Shown: one piece after another, positions 11,526-24,700 of the stretch | Numbering within the stretch: position 1 is the stretch's first letter | How the letters are laid out: each line of letters starts with the position of its first letter | Origin: Squalus acanthias | Taxonomy: Eukaryota | Direction: 5' to 3' | Length of the DNA: 64,000 bases | Assembly: GCA_030390025.1 (NCBI GenBank) | Contig: CM059431.1 | Location: forward strand, 151,344,001 to 151,408,000 | Program-made: the position numbers and the translations under genes | Notes under the pieces: generated by a model | The model's input: only the letters and a program-made list of their open reading frames with translations | The model's database searches: none | What the model was told of the DNA's origin: nothing

Positions 11526-12673
11526 CTACCTCGTGAAGGTGTTGGCTACCAACTGCTCCCGAACAGCCTTACTTTGAGCAATAGTTGGCTCTTCCCCATC
11601 ATGCCTTCCCACAGGCACATTGGCATTGTCCACGTCCTCCATTTCTGCAGGTAGTTCATCTGCAGCGTTAAGGGTCAGTCCTTCCTGCAGGGCAAAGTTA
11701 TGCAAAGCACAACAGACCGCCACAATCTTTGCCACTTTCGCAGGAGAATACTGCAAGGTCCCCCCTGACCTGTCCAGGCACCGGAAGCGTGATTTCAGAA
11801 CTCCAATTGTCCTCTCCACCACTTGCCGTGTGGACACGTGTGCCTGGTTGTATCTCTCCTGAGCCTCATTATTGGTCTTGCGGTAGGGAGTCATCAGCCA
11901 TGGTCTTAGCGGGTAGCCCTTGTCGCCCAATATCCATGCGGATCCTGGAGGCAATGCGTTGAGGGCGCCATATAAGTCAGAGTTACGGAGGACGAAGGAG
12001 TCATGATTACTTCCACGGTTACCTGGATTCACATTTAAGATCCTGAGATGCGCATCGCAGACAATCTGGACATTCAGTGAATGAAACCCCTTCCTGTTGA
12101 TAAATGTCACAGGTGCAACCCCTGGTGCCTTCAATGCTACATGGGTTCCATCGACAGCCCCAATCACTTTGGGGAATCCAGCAATGTTATGAAATGCAAG
12201 CGCCATCTCCTTTTGATGGCGAGCAGACAAGTCATACTTAATGAACTCAGAAGCCCTACGGAAAATGGCTTCTGTGACCTGGTGAATGCAGGCCCTCGCA
12301 GCATTCTTGGATATGTTGGAAATGTCACCGGTGCTTGCCTGAAAAGTCCCACTTGCAAAGAAGTTCAGTGCTGTGGTTACCTTCATGCTCAGTGACAATG
12401 CATAGCGGTTCTTCGTGCATGTTTGAGGTCCTCCTTTAACATCTCACAGATTCGGCCAATTGACTCTTTACTGAAGCGCAGCCTCCTCACACACAGCTCC
12501 TCCGACAGCATCTCAAATGACAGCCTCTGCCTGTACACTCTATTTGGTGGGTAGTAGTTTCTCCTTCTCTGGAGGAGACGGGCTTGGTTCCTCCGTCTGA
12601 TTAGTTGTCTGTATTCGAAAATTCTCTGATACACAATCCCACAGAGGAACAGGAATTGATTGTGAAAGGGCAT
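11526..12673 (-). pseudogene. Harbinger DDE transposase (HARBI1-like, DDE_Tnp_4) with one frameshift near 12417
   Basis: Motifs AVDGTHV, NRKGFHSLNVQIVCD, GSNHDS, LGDKGYPL, VERTIGVLKSRFRCL and CCALHN; N-terminal ORF 12389-12673 (RLRFSKES) joins ORF 11526-12398 by a 1-nt shift. Confidence 0.95.
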
Positions 12674-13427
12674 CTTTCTCTCACACAGGCTTCCTCCTCA
12701 AACTGAAAGTTGTAATGAAAAAATGGAAATAGTTGTTAAAGTAACTTTAGTTAAGTGAGTGGCTATAAAATCAGGTCGGGCTATGGTGGGACACGTGCGC
12801 TATCGGCTTGGGAACACATCTACTCACCACACGGCCAAGCTGATTTTCCAAAACTGTAACATTTTCATAAATTCATACATACATACATACTTACTTACTC
12901 ATTTTCATCTTTAAAACTTTTTGAAACGTAAACAGTTCATTTTTAAACTTTCATTTTCACAGATAGATACCTAAATATGCCTTGTACACACCCACAGTTG
13001 CTATACTACTCCAAATGGTCAAAACCCGTTTTTATTTTTTTTTTAAATTCCAAACTTATATAAGACTTCATTTAATAAACTTTGGTGGCTTTCAGATTTA
13101 AAAAACTCACCTCAGTAGCCCCACTGCAAAAGGATTTATTCCTCCTGCTATCTCCGTATATTTAGAAATGGCTGCTGCTCCTGCATTTAAAATGTGTAAC
13201 TGCTAGGAGCTTACACACACTACTATCATTCACAAAAAACATGAAGTTTCAGACGCACGCGCAGAATCACCAGCCCACGCGATTACTCGGAGATCCCTGA
13301 AACTGACCCTTCATGAAGTGCCAGTTTTCAGCGCATGCGCAGTGCATGCAGAAAACCGGCAATTGGAGAGAGAATACGCGAGAGTACGCAGTGCGTACTC
13401 TCGCGTAGCGGGATCAATTTTTGGCCC

Positions 13428-14040
13428 AATATATATTGTGAATTGCTGCGGTCCTAGCACGGAACACTGCGGTATCCCACTCGTCACTGCCTGCCACTCG
13501 GAACAAGACCGGTTATTTCAACTCATTGCTTCCTGTCTGCCAAACAGTTCTCTATCCAAGATCCCCAACCCATGCGCTTTAACTTTGCACGCTAATCTCT
13601 TATGTGGGACCTTATCGGTATTCTTCTGAAAGTCCGAATACACCACATCCACTGGTTCTCCCTTATCTATTGTAGAAGTCACATCCTCAAAAAATTTCAG
13701 TAGATTAATCAAGCATGATTTATCTTTTGTAAATCCATGTTGAGTTTCACTGATCCTGTCACTGTTTTTCAATTGCTCTGCTATTAATTGTTTTTGAATG
13801 GACTCTAGCATTTTCCCCACTACCGATTCAAGGGACCTACGCTTGACTTCACCAATCTGTTTTCTCTTCACATATCTATAGAAGCTTTTACAGTCAGTTG
13901 TTATGTTCCCTGAAAGCTTACTCTCATAATCTATTTCCCCCCTCTTAATTAATCCCTTTGTCATCCTTTGCTTAATCCTAAACTACTCCCAATCATCAGT
14001 TTTGCTGCTTTTTCTGGCCAAATTATCTGTCCTCTCCTTG
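13428..14040 (-). mobile_element. CR1 LINE continuation (RT N-terminal part, internally deleted)
   Basis: QHGFTKDKSCLINLLKFFEDV and DVVYSDFQK in ORF 13518-13964. Confidence 0.9.
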
Positions 14041-14041
14041 A

Positions 14042-17000
14042 AACATAGAAACATAGAAAATAGGTGCAGGAGTATACCATTCGGTCCTTCGAGCCTGCAC
14101 CGCCATTTGATGCGTTCATGGCTGAACATGCTACCTCAGTACCCCATTCCTGCTTTCTCGCCATGCCCCTTGATCCCCCTAGTTGTGAGTATTATATCTA
14201 ACTCCCTTTTGAATATATTTAGCGAACTGGCCTCAACAACCTTCTGTAGTAGAGAATTCCACAGATTCACCACTCTCTGGGTGAAGAAGTTTCTCCTCAT
14301 CTCAGTCTTACATGGCTTCCCCTTTATCCTGAGACTGTGACTCCTTATTTTAGTTTCCCCTAACATTGGAAACATTCTGCCCGCATCTAATGTGTCTAAA
14401 CCAGCCAGGAGTTTAAACGTCTCTATAAGATACCCCTCATTCTTCTGAACTCCAGAGGATACAAGTTCAGTTGATCCAGTCTTTCTTGATATGTCAGTCT
14501 GGCCATCCCAGGAATCAATCTAGTGAACCTTCGTTGCACCCCCTCAATAGCAAAAATGTCCTTCCACAAGTTAGGTGACCAAAACTGCACACAATACTCC
14601 ATGTGTGACCTCACCAAGGCCGTGTACAACTGTAGCATCACCCCCCTACTCCTGTACTCAAATCCCCTTGCTATGAAGGTCATCATGCCATTTGCTTTCT
14701 TGACTGCCTGCTGCACTTGCCTTCCCACCTTCAGTGACTGATGTACCATGACGCCCAGGTCTCGTTGCACCTCCCCTTTCCCTAATCTGCCACCATTCAG
14801 GTAATAGTCTGCCTCCCTATTTTTACCACCAAAGTGATAACCTCACATTTATCCACATTGTACTTCATCTGCCATATATTTGCCCATTCACCCAACCTGT
14901 CCAAGTCACTCTGTAGCCTCCTAGCATCCTCCTCATTGTTCACACTGCCTCCCAATTTAGTGTCATCCGCAAATTTGGAGATATTACAATTAATCCCTTC
15001 GTCCAAATCATTAATATATAATGTAAACAGCTGGGGTCCCAGCACCGAACCCTGCGGTACCCCGCTCGTCACTGCCTGTAATTCTGAAAAGTACCAATTT
15101 AACCCTACTCTTTGTTTCCTGTGTGCCAACCAGTTCTCAATCCACGTCAACACATTACCCCCAATCTCATGTGCTTTAACATTGCACACCAATCTCTTGT
15201 GTGGGACCTTGTCGAAGGCCTTCTGAAAGTCCAAATACACCACATCTACTGGTTCCCCCCCGTCCACCCTATTGGAAACATCCTCAAAAAATTCCAGAAG
15301 ATTTGTCAAGCATGATTTCCCTTTCACAAATCCATGATGACTTGGACCTATCATGTCTCCACTTTCCAAAGGGTCTGTTATGACATCTTTAATAATTGAT
15401 TCCATCATTTTACCCACCACCGATGTCAGGCTGACCGGTCTATCATTCCCTGCTTTCTCCCTCCCTTCTTTTTTAAAAAGAGGTGTTACATTAGCCACCC
15501 TCTACTCCTTCGGAACTGATTCAGAGTCTAAGGAATGTTGGAAAATGATCGTTAATGCATCCACTATTTCCAAGGCTATCTCCTTAAGTACTCTGTGATG
15601 CAGACCATCAGGCCCTGGGGATTTATCAGCCTTCAGTCCCATCAATTTCCCCAACACCTTTTCCCGTCTGATAAGGAATTCCCTCAGCTCCTCCCTCTTA
15701 TCAGATCATTTGATCTCTTTTATTTCCGGAAGGTTGTTTGTGTCCTCCACAGTAAACACCGAACCAAAGTACTTGTTCAATTGATCTGCCATTTCTTTGT
15801 TCCCCATTATGACTTGCCCTGTTTCTGACTGCAGGGGACCTACGATTGTTTTTACTAACCTCTTTCTTTTTATATATTTATAGAAGCTTTTGCAGTACGT
15901 TTTAATGTTCTCTGCAAGCTTCCTTTCATATTTTATTTTCCCTGCCCTAACCAAACCCTTCGTCCTCCTCTGCTGAGTTTTAAAGTTTTCCCAGTCCATG
16001 GCTTTGCTGCTACTTCTGGCCAATTTGTAAGCCACTTCCTTGCTTTTAATACTATCCCTGATTTACCTTGTTAGCCATGGTAGAGCCACCTTCCTTTTTT
16101 GTTTTTACGCCAGACAGGGATATACAATTGCTGTAGTTCATCCATGCGATCTCTAAATGTCTGCCATTGCCCTTCCGCTGATAACCACTTAAATATCGCT
16201 TGCCAATCTAAACTCGCCAATTCACGCCTCATACCGTCAAAGTTGCACTTATTTAAGTTCTGGACCATGGTCTCTGAATTAACTGTTTTCTTCTCCATCA
16301 CAATGTAGAACTCCACCATACTATGGTCACTCTTCCCCAAGGGGCCTCGCACCACAAGATTGCTGATTAGACCTTCCTCATTACACAACACCCAGTCCAG
16401 GATGGCCTCCCCTCTAGATGGTTCCTCAACATATTGATTTATGAAACCATCCCTTAAACACTCCAGGAAATACTCCTCCACCGTATTGCTTGCAGTTTGA
16501 GTAGCCCAATCTATATGCATATTAAAGTCACCCATGATAACTGCTGCGCCTTTTTTGCATGCACCTCTGATTTCCTGTTTCATAACCTCCCCCACCTCAC
16601 TACTACTGTGTGGAGGTCTGAACACAACGCCCACTAACGTTTTCTGCCCTTTGGTGTTCTGCAGCTCAACCCATATTGATTCCACATCCTCCAAGCTAAT
16701 GTCCTTCCTAATATTGCATTAATCTCCCTTTTAACCAGCAATGCTACCCCACCCCCTTTTCCTTTTATTCTATCCATCCTGAATGTTGAATACCCCTGGA
16801 TATTCAGTTCCCAGCCTTGATTGTTCTGGAGCCACGTCTCTGTAATCCCAATCACATCATATCCGTTAACATCAATTTGCACAGTCAATTCATCCATCTT
16901 ATTACGGATACTCCTTGCATTAAGACACAGAGCCTTTAGGCTTGTTTGATTAACACCCTTTGTCCTTTTAGACTTATGATTTAGTATGGCACTATGTGTT

Positions 17001-17437
17001 TCTTGCCTTTGTTTACTCGGATTTCCCTTATTGTTTCTGACCCTTCTAACATTTGTGTCTGACAGCATATTACTTTCACCTGTTTCGCTACATAGGTTCC
17101 CATTCCCCTGCCATATTAGTTTAAATCCTCCCGAACTGCCTTAGCAAATATTACCCCGAGGACATCGGCTCCAGTCCTGCCCAAGTGCAGACCGTCACTT
17201 TTGTACAGGTCCCACTTCCCCCAGAACTGGTTCCAATGCCTCAGGTATTTGAATCCCTCCCTCCTGCACCACTGCTCAAGCCACGGGTTTAATCTCGCTA
17301 TCCTGTTGATGCTACTCTGATTAGCACGTGGCACTGGTAGCAACCCAGAGATTACTACCTTTGAGGTCCTGCTTTTCAATTTAGCTCCTAGCTCCCTAAA
17401 TTCTGCTTGTAGGACCTCTTCCCGCTTTTTACCTATA
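14042..17437 (-). mobile_element. Relatively young, 5'-truncated CR1 LINE: ORF1 esterase C-terminus, frameshifted ORF2 (APE endonuclease + RT) and 3' tail
   Basis: ORF1 VVISGLLPVP...DGLHL (17116-17437); EN LNARSIRNK, ITETWL, MGDFN, SDH; RT SGVPQGSVLGP, KFADDTK; tail (TTTCTATG)n; TSD TCCTTGA at 14035-14041 and 17438-17444. Confidence 0.95.
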
Positions 17438-17655
17438 TCCTTGATTCTTATGTTATCCGTAATTTCCCTTGTTAGCCGCAGTTGAGTCACCTTTTTTGTT
17501 TTATTGTTATGCCAAACAGGAATCAACAAATTATGTAGTCCATCCATGCGATCTTTAAATAATTGCCATTGCCTATCCACCGTCAATCCTTTAAGTAACG
17601 TTCTCCAATCCATCCTAACCAACTCGTGCCTCATACTATCGTATTTTCCTTTATT

Positions 17656-19698
17656 TAAAAAATGTTTCCTCAGGTCACCTCTGTTTCATTTGCAAGTCAC
17701 CTTCAATCTGCGTCCGCTGGTTACCGACACTCTGCCACAAGAAACCGTCACACTTTGTTTACTCTGTCAAAGCCATTGGTGATTTTGAACACCTCTAGCG
17801 AATCTCCTCTTGAACATCTCTGCTCTAAGGAGACCAAACACAGCTTTTCCAGCCTCGTCGGGTAAGTGAACATACTCATCCAGGGTAGCATTCTCGTAAA
17901 TCTCTTCTGCTCCCTATTGAAATCGTTGATAACCTTCCTAAATTGTGATGCCCAGAACAGTAACTCAGCTGAGGCCTATCCAATGATTTATAAAGGTTTA
18001 GCATAGCGTCCTTGCTATGTACTTTATTCCAGTCTTAATAAAGCCAAGAATCCCATATGATTGTAACTACTTTCTCAACTTGTTGTGCAATAGAGTCATC
18101 GAGTAATCGATTCATAACGGCACAGAGCGAGGCCATTCGGTCTATCGAGTCCGTGCCGGCTCTCTGCAGAGCAATCAACTCAGTCCCATTCCCCCGCTCT
18201 ATCTCCATAGCCCTGCGTGTTTATTTCGCTCAAGTGCCTCTCCAGTCTCCCGTTGAAAAGATTGAGTGTGTCCGCTTCAAAAACTTCGGGTGGCCGCGAA
18301 TTCCAGGTCATCACCACTCGCTGCTTACAAACAATGTCCTCACATCCCCCTATTACTAACGCCCAAAATCGTGTATCTGTGTCGCCAGTCTTCATACCAA
18401 AAACTAATGGGAAAAGCCTTTCCCCGTCTAGCCTATCTAAACCCGGCATAATCTTGTACGCCTCTATCAAATAACCCCTCAACCTCCTTTGCTCTAATAA
18501 AAACAAATCCAACATCTCCAAACAAGTTTCTATCTAAGATCCCCCATCCCCGGATCCATTCTGGTAAACATCCTCAGCACCCTCTCAAAGGCCTTCACAT
18601 CCTTCCTAAAGTGTGGTGAAAAGAAGTGGGTGCAATATTCCAGTTGTGGCCTAATCAGCGCTTGATAATGGTTCAGCATAACCTCTCTACTTTTGTACTA
18701 AATACATCTATTTATGAAACCCATCATCCCATATGCTTTGCTAACCACTCTCTCAATATGTCCTTCCACCTTCAAAGACGTATGCAAATTAACTCCCAGG
18801 TCACTCTGTCCCTGCACACTCTTTAAATCTGTGCCGTTAAGTGTATATTGCCTCTCCCTGTTCCTTCTGCCGAAATGCATCACCTCACACTTCTCTGTAT
18901 TAAATTCCATGTGCCATTTGTCTGCCCATTCTGCTACAGTTTCTATGTCCTGTTGCACTCGATTGGTGTCATCCTCACTGTTTGGCACACCCCCAAGTTT
19001 GATGTCATCGGCAAACTTGGAAATTCTACTTTGTATTGCAATATCCAGGTCATTTATATATGTCAAAAAAGAACAGTGGCCCAAGTACTGACCCTCCGGG
19101 AACACCGCTGTCTACCATCCTCCAGTCTGAAAAGCAGCCATTTACCACAACGCACTGTTTTCTGTCCTTAATCCTATTACTTATCCAAGCTGCCACTGAC
19201 TCACCTATTCCATCAGCCTCAATTTTGCTAACCAGCCTTCTATGTGGTACTTAGTCAAAAGCCTTCCGAAAATCCATACAGACAACATCAATTGCATTCC
19301 CTTCATCAATCCTCTCTGTTACTTCATCAAAAAATTCAATTTTATTAGTCAAACATGATCTGCCTTTTACAAATTCGTGTTGGCTCTCCTTAATTAGCTT
19401 AAACCTTTCCAAATGCACGTTAATTTTTTTATTGGTTATTGTTTCTAAAACTCTACCCACGACTTATGTTAAACTGACAGGTCTGTAGTTACTTGGATTG
19501 TCCTTAGACACTTTAGTGAACAATTTTGTCACATTTGCCATTTTCCAATCCTCAGTCACACCCCCCGCATGTAGGGAAGATTGGAAAATTATGGCAAACC
19601 CTTCCGCTATCTCATCCGCCAATTCCCTTAGCAATCTGGGATGCAAGCCATCTGGACCAGGCGACTTAGCCCCTCTAAACACACCCAGCCTTTCTATT
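17656..19698 (-). mobile_element. Older CR1 LINE fragments (nested 3' ends and RT)
   Basis: YINDLD...ISKFADD and KGRSCLTN; homologous to 29860-31860 and, inverted, to 21706-23895. Confidence 0.88.
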
Positions 19699-21372
19699 AC
19701 TGCAACATCTTCAGCCAGAGGTACTGAGTGGATGGTCCATATCGGCTTACTCCTGAGGTCCCCAACATCACAGAAGCCAGTCTTCAGCAAATTCGAATCA
19801 CTCCACGTGATAGGAAGCAACGGCACAGCTCACTGGATACAGCAAAGGTTATGGGTCCCGGCAAAATCCTGGCTATTGTGCAGAAGACTTGTCCTCCAGA
19901 ACTAGCCGCGTCTCTAGCCAAGCAGTTCCAGTACAGCTACAACACTGGCATCTATCCGATAACGGGGAAAACTCCCCAGGTACGTACTGCCCATAAAAAG
20001 CACGACAATTCGAATCCAGCCAATAGCCGCCCCATCAGTCTACTCTTCATCATCAACAAAGTGAAGGAAGGTGGCATCGACAGTGCTATCACAAGGCACT
20101 TACTCACCAATAACCTGCTCACTGATGCACAAATTGGGTTCCGCCAAGACCACTTTGCTCCAGAGCGCATTACAGCCTTGGTCCAAATATGGACAAAGGA
20201 GCTGAATTCCAGACGTGAGGTGAGAGTGACTGCCCTCGACATCAAGGAAACATTTGACTGAGTGAGGCATCAAGGAGCCCTAGTAAAACTGAAGTCAATG
20301 GGAATCGGGGGGGACACGCTCCACTGGCTGGAGTCATGCCTAGCACAAAGGAAGATGTTTGTGCTGATTGAAGGTCAATCATCACAGCCCCAGGACATCG
20401 TTGTAGGATTTCCTCAGGGCATTTTCCAAGGCCCCACCATCAATGACCTTCCCTCCAACATAAAGTCAGTAATGGAGATGTTCGCTGATGACTGCACAGT
20501 TTTCAGCGTCATTCAGAACTCCTCAGATAATAAATCAGTCCATGCCAGCATGCAGCAAGACCTGGAAGACGTTGAGGCTTGGGCTGATAAGTGGCAGGTA
20601 ACATTCGTGCCACAGAAGTGCCAGGCTATGGCTATCTCCAACACGCGAGAGTCTAAACACCTTCCCTTGACATTAAACGGCACTAATTTCGCCGAATCCC
20701 CCACCATCAACATCGTGGGGTTAAGCATTTCCCTGAAACTTAACTGGACCAGACACATAAACACTGTGGCAAAAAGTGCAGGTCAGAGGCTTGGCATTCT
20801 GCGGCGAGTGTCTCACCTCTTGGCTCCCCAAAGCCTTTCCACCATCTACAAAGCACAAGTGAGGAGTGTGTTGGAATACTCGCTACTTGCCTGGATGAGT
20901 GCAGCTCCAACAACATTCAAAAGGCTCGACACCATCGATGACAAAGCATCTCGCTTGATTAGCACCCCATCCACCAACTCAAACATTCAATCCCACCACC
21001 ACCGGCGCACCGTGGCTGCAGTGTGTACCATCTATAAGATGCACTGCAGCAACTTGCCTAGGCTTCTTCGGCAGCACCTCACAAACCACCGACCACTTCC
21101 ACCTAGAAGACCAAGGGCAGCAGGCGTCACCTCCATGTTCCACTCCAAGTCCCACACCACCCTGACTTAGCCGTATATCGCCAATTCTTCATCGTCGCTG
21201 GTCAAATTCCTCGAACACCCTCCCTAACAACTCAGTGGCATTACCTTCATCACACGGACTGCAGCGGTTCAAGAATGCGGCTCTCCACCCCCTTCTCAAA
21301 TGTAATTCGGGATCAGCAATTCATGCCGACCTTGCCAGCGCTGCCCACATCGCATAAAAACGACTTTTAAAA
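19699..21372 (+). mobile_element. Second, distinct non-LTR LINE family (Jockey/CR1-group RT), 5'-truncated
   Basis: ORFs 19728-21170 contain SNPANSRPISLL, LDIKETFD, FADDCT and YKAQVRSVLEY; A-rich 3' end at ~21355-21373; clearly divergent from the neighbouring CR1s. Confidence 0.88.
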
Positions 21373-21444
21373 AAGTGGAGGACTGGGGCCGATATACAAC
21401 CAAAAAGGGGACCGATGTATAGAAGGCAACTGTTATGTCTCAGG

Positions 21445-21705
21445 TTCTCGGATAGATGCCAGTGTGGTAGCTATAATGGAACTGCTTGGCTAGAGACGCG
21501 GCTAGTTCAGGAGGACAAGTCTTCAGCACAATAGCCGTGATGTTGTCGGGGACCATAACCTTTGCTGTATACAGTGCGCTCAGCTGTTTATTAATATCAC
21601 GTGGAGTGAATCGAATTGGCTAAAGACTGGCTTCTGTGATGGTGGGGACCTCAGGAGTAAGCCTCTATGGATCATCCACTCAGCACTTCTGGCTGAAAAT
21701 GTTGC
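21445..21705 (-). mobile_element. Inverted copy of the 5' portion of the second LINE
   Basis: Reverse complement of ~19700-19962. Confidence 0.88.
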
Positions 21706-24700
21706 AGTAACAGAAAGGCTGGGTATGCTTAGAGTGTCTAAGTCGCCTGGTCCAGATGGCAGGCATCCCAGATTGCTAAGGGAATTGGGGGTGGAGATAG
21801 CGGAAGGGCATGACATAACTTTCCAATCTTCCCTTGATGCGGTGGGTGGCCCTGAGGATTGGAAAATGCCAAATGTGACAGCATTGCTCACTAAAGGGTC
21901 GAGGAACAATCCTAGTAACTGCAGGCCGGTCAGTTTATCATCAGTGGTGGGTACAGTTTTAGAAAAAAATAATCAAGAAAAAAATTAACGGGCACTTGGA
22001 AATGTTTAAGCTAATTAGGAGAGTCAACACGAATGTGTAAAAGGCAGATCATGTTTGACTCATCAAACTGAATCTTTGATGCAGTAACAGAGAGGATTGA
22101 TAAAGGTAATGCAATTGATGCTGTCTTTATGGATTTTCGGAAGGCGTTTGACAAAGTACCACATAGAAGGCTGGTTAACAAAATTGAGACTGATGGAATA
22201 GGTGGGTCAGTGGCATCTTGGATAAGGAATAGGCTTAAGGACAGAAAACAGCGAGTTGCGACAAATGGCTGATTTTCGGAACGGAGGATGGTAGACAGTG
22301 GTGTTCCCGGAGGGTCATTGCTTGGGCCACTGTTCTTTTTTGTTATATATAAAAGACCTGGCTTTTGCAATACAAAGTAGAATTTCTAAGTTTGCCGATG
22401 CCATCAAACTTGGGGGTGCGGGAAACAGGGAGGATGATGCCAATCGACTGCAACAGGACATAGAAAGTGTAGCAAAATGGACAGAGAAATGGCAGATGGA
22501 ATTTAATACAGAGAATTGTGAGGTGATGCATTTCGGCAGAAGGAACAGGGAGAGGCAATATACTGTAAACGGCACAGTTCAAAAGAGTGTGCAGGGACAG
22601 AGAGATCTGGGCGTTAATGTGCATAGGTCTTTGAAATTGGCCGGACATGTTGAGAGAGTGGTTAGCAAAGCATATGGAATGTTGGGTTTCATAAATAGAG
22701 GCATTGAGTACAAAAGTAGAGCAGATATGCTGAACCATTATCAAGCGTTGATTAGCTCACAACTGGAATATTGCACCCAGTTCTGGTATCCAGACTTTTG
22801 GAAGGATGTGAAGGCCATTGAGAGGGTGAGAGGAGGTTTACCAGAATGGATCAGGAGATCGGGGATGTTAGCTACAAGGAGAGGTTTGAGAAGTTGGATT
22901 TGTTTTTATTAGAGCAAAGGAGATTGAGGGGAGATTTGATAGAGGTGTAGAAGATTATGATGGGTTTGGATAGGATAGACAGGGAAAGGCTTTTCCCAAT
23001 ATTTGTTGGTATAAAGACTGGAGGACACAGATTTACGATTTGGGGCAAGAGTTAGAGGGGGATGTGAGGACATGTTGTTTAAGGAGCGAGTGGTGATGAA
23101 CTGGAATTCGCGGCCGACAGAAGTGGTGGAAGCGGAGACACTCAATGTTTTCAACGGGAGACTGGATGGGCACTTGAGGGAAATAAACTTGCAGGGCTAT
23201 GGAGATAGAGCGGGGCAATGGAACTGACTGGATTGCTCTGCAGAGAGCCGGCACAGACTCGATGGGCCGAATGGCTAAAGGGATCAATTGATATGGGAGA
23301 AAGAAGGGACAGGGTACTGAATTTGGATGAATAGCCATGATCTCATAAAATGGCGTAGCAGGCTCGAGGGGCCGAATGGCATACTCCTGCTCCTAACTTC
23401 TATGCATCTATGTTACTATGCCTCGTTCTGTGCCGTTATGAATCGATTACTCTATGACTCTATTGCAGGCCAATTGTGAAAATAGTTAAAATCATATGGG
23501 ATCCTTGCCTTTATTAAGAGAGGAATAAAGTACATAGCAAGGAAGCTATGCTAAACCTTTATAAATCATTGGATAGGCCTCAGCTGAATTACTGTTCTGG
23601 GCATCACACTTTAGGAAGATTATCAAGGCTTTGGAGAGGGTGCAGAAGAGATTTACGAGAATGCTACACTGGATGAGGGTGCTCACTTATCCGACGAGAC
23701 TGGAAAAGCTGTGTTTGGTCTCCTTAGAGCAGAGAAGCTCAAGAGGAGATTCGCTAGAGATGTTCAAAATCACGAATGGTTTTGCCAGAGTAAACAAAGA
23801 GTGGCGGTATCTTTTGGCAGAGGGTCGGTAACCAGAGGACGCAGATTTAAGGTGATTTGCAAATGAACCAGAGGTGACATGAGGAAACATTTTTCAAATA
23901 AAGGAAACAACGATGTTATGAGGCACGAGTTGGCTAGGATGGATTGGGGAATGTTACTTAAAGGGTTGACGGTGGATATGCAATGGCAAACATTTAAAGA
24001 TAGCATGGATGAACTACAGAATTTGTTCATCCCTGTTTGGCATAAAAATAAAACAAAAAAGTTGACTTAATCGTGGCTAAGAAGGAAATTAGGGATAGCA
24101 TAAGATTCAAGGAGAGGACATATAAATTTGCCAGAAAAAAACAGCAAACCTGAGGATTGGGAGCAGTTAGCAGTTAGGATTCAGCAAAGGAGGACAAAGG
24201 AATTAATTAAGAGGGGGAAAATAGATTTTGAGAATAAACTTGCAGGGAACATAAAAACTGACTGTGAAAGCTTCCATAGATATGTGATGAGAAAAAAGAT
24301 ATATGAAGTCAAGCGTAGGTCCCTTGCAGTCAGAATCAGGGGAATTTATAATGGGGAACAAAGAAATGGCCGGCCAACAAAAAAATACTTTGGTTCTGTC
24401 TGCACAAAGGAGGGCACAAATAACCTCCCATAGATGTCGGGGAACATAGGGTCTAATGAGAGGGAGAAATTCAATAAAGTCAGTATTTGTAGTGAAATGG
24501 TGTTAGGGAATTGACAGGATTGAAGACCGATAAATCCCCAGGGCCTGATGATCTACATCCTAGGGTACTTAAGGAAGTGGCCCTATAAATAGTAAATGCA
24601 TTGCTGGCCATCTTCCAAAATTCTATGGAAACTGGAACAGTTCCCATGGATTGGAGGATAGCTAATGTAACCCCACTATTTAGAAAATGTGGTAGACAGA

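Larger units (their letters stand above)
8814..13427. mobile_element. Full-length PIF/Harbinger DNA transposon
   Basis: Left end GGGCCAGAAATTGACC and right end reverse complement GGGCCAAAAATTGATC; 3-bp TSD AAT at 8811-8813 and 13428-13430; two convergent genes; flanks rejoin as contiguous CR1 RT sequence. Confidence 0.96.

Noticed and set aside
11430..11654. RG-repeat protein ORF
   Set aside because: Translation of a polypurine tract antisense to the transposase end, with a non-ATG start
11526..12673. Domesticated host HARBI1/NAIF1 gene pair
   Set aside because: Both genes lie within TIRs and a TSD, interrupt a CR1, and carry disabling lesions, so this is a transposon copy
17116..17634. Single 172-aa protein
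   Set aside because: Chance in-frame fusion across the insertion junction at 17437 between an older CR1 ORF2 and the younger CR1 ORF1 esterase
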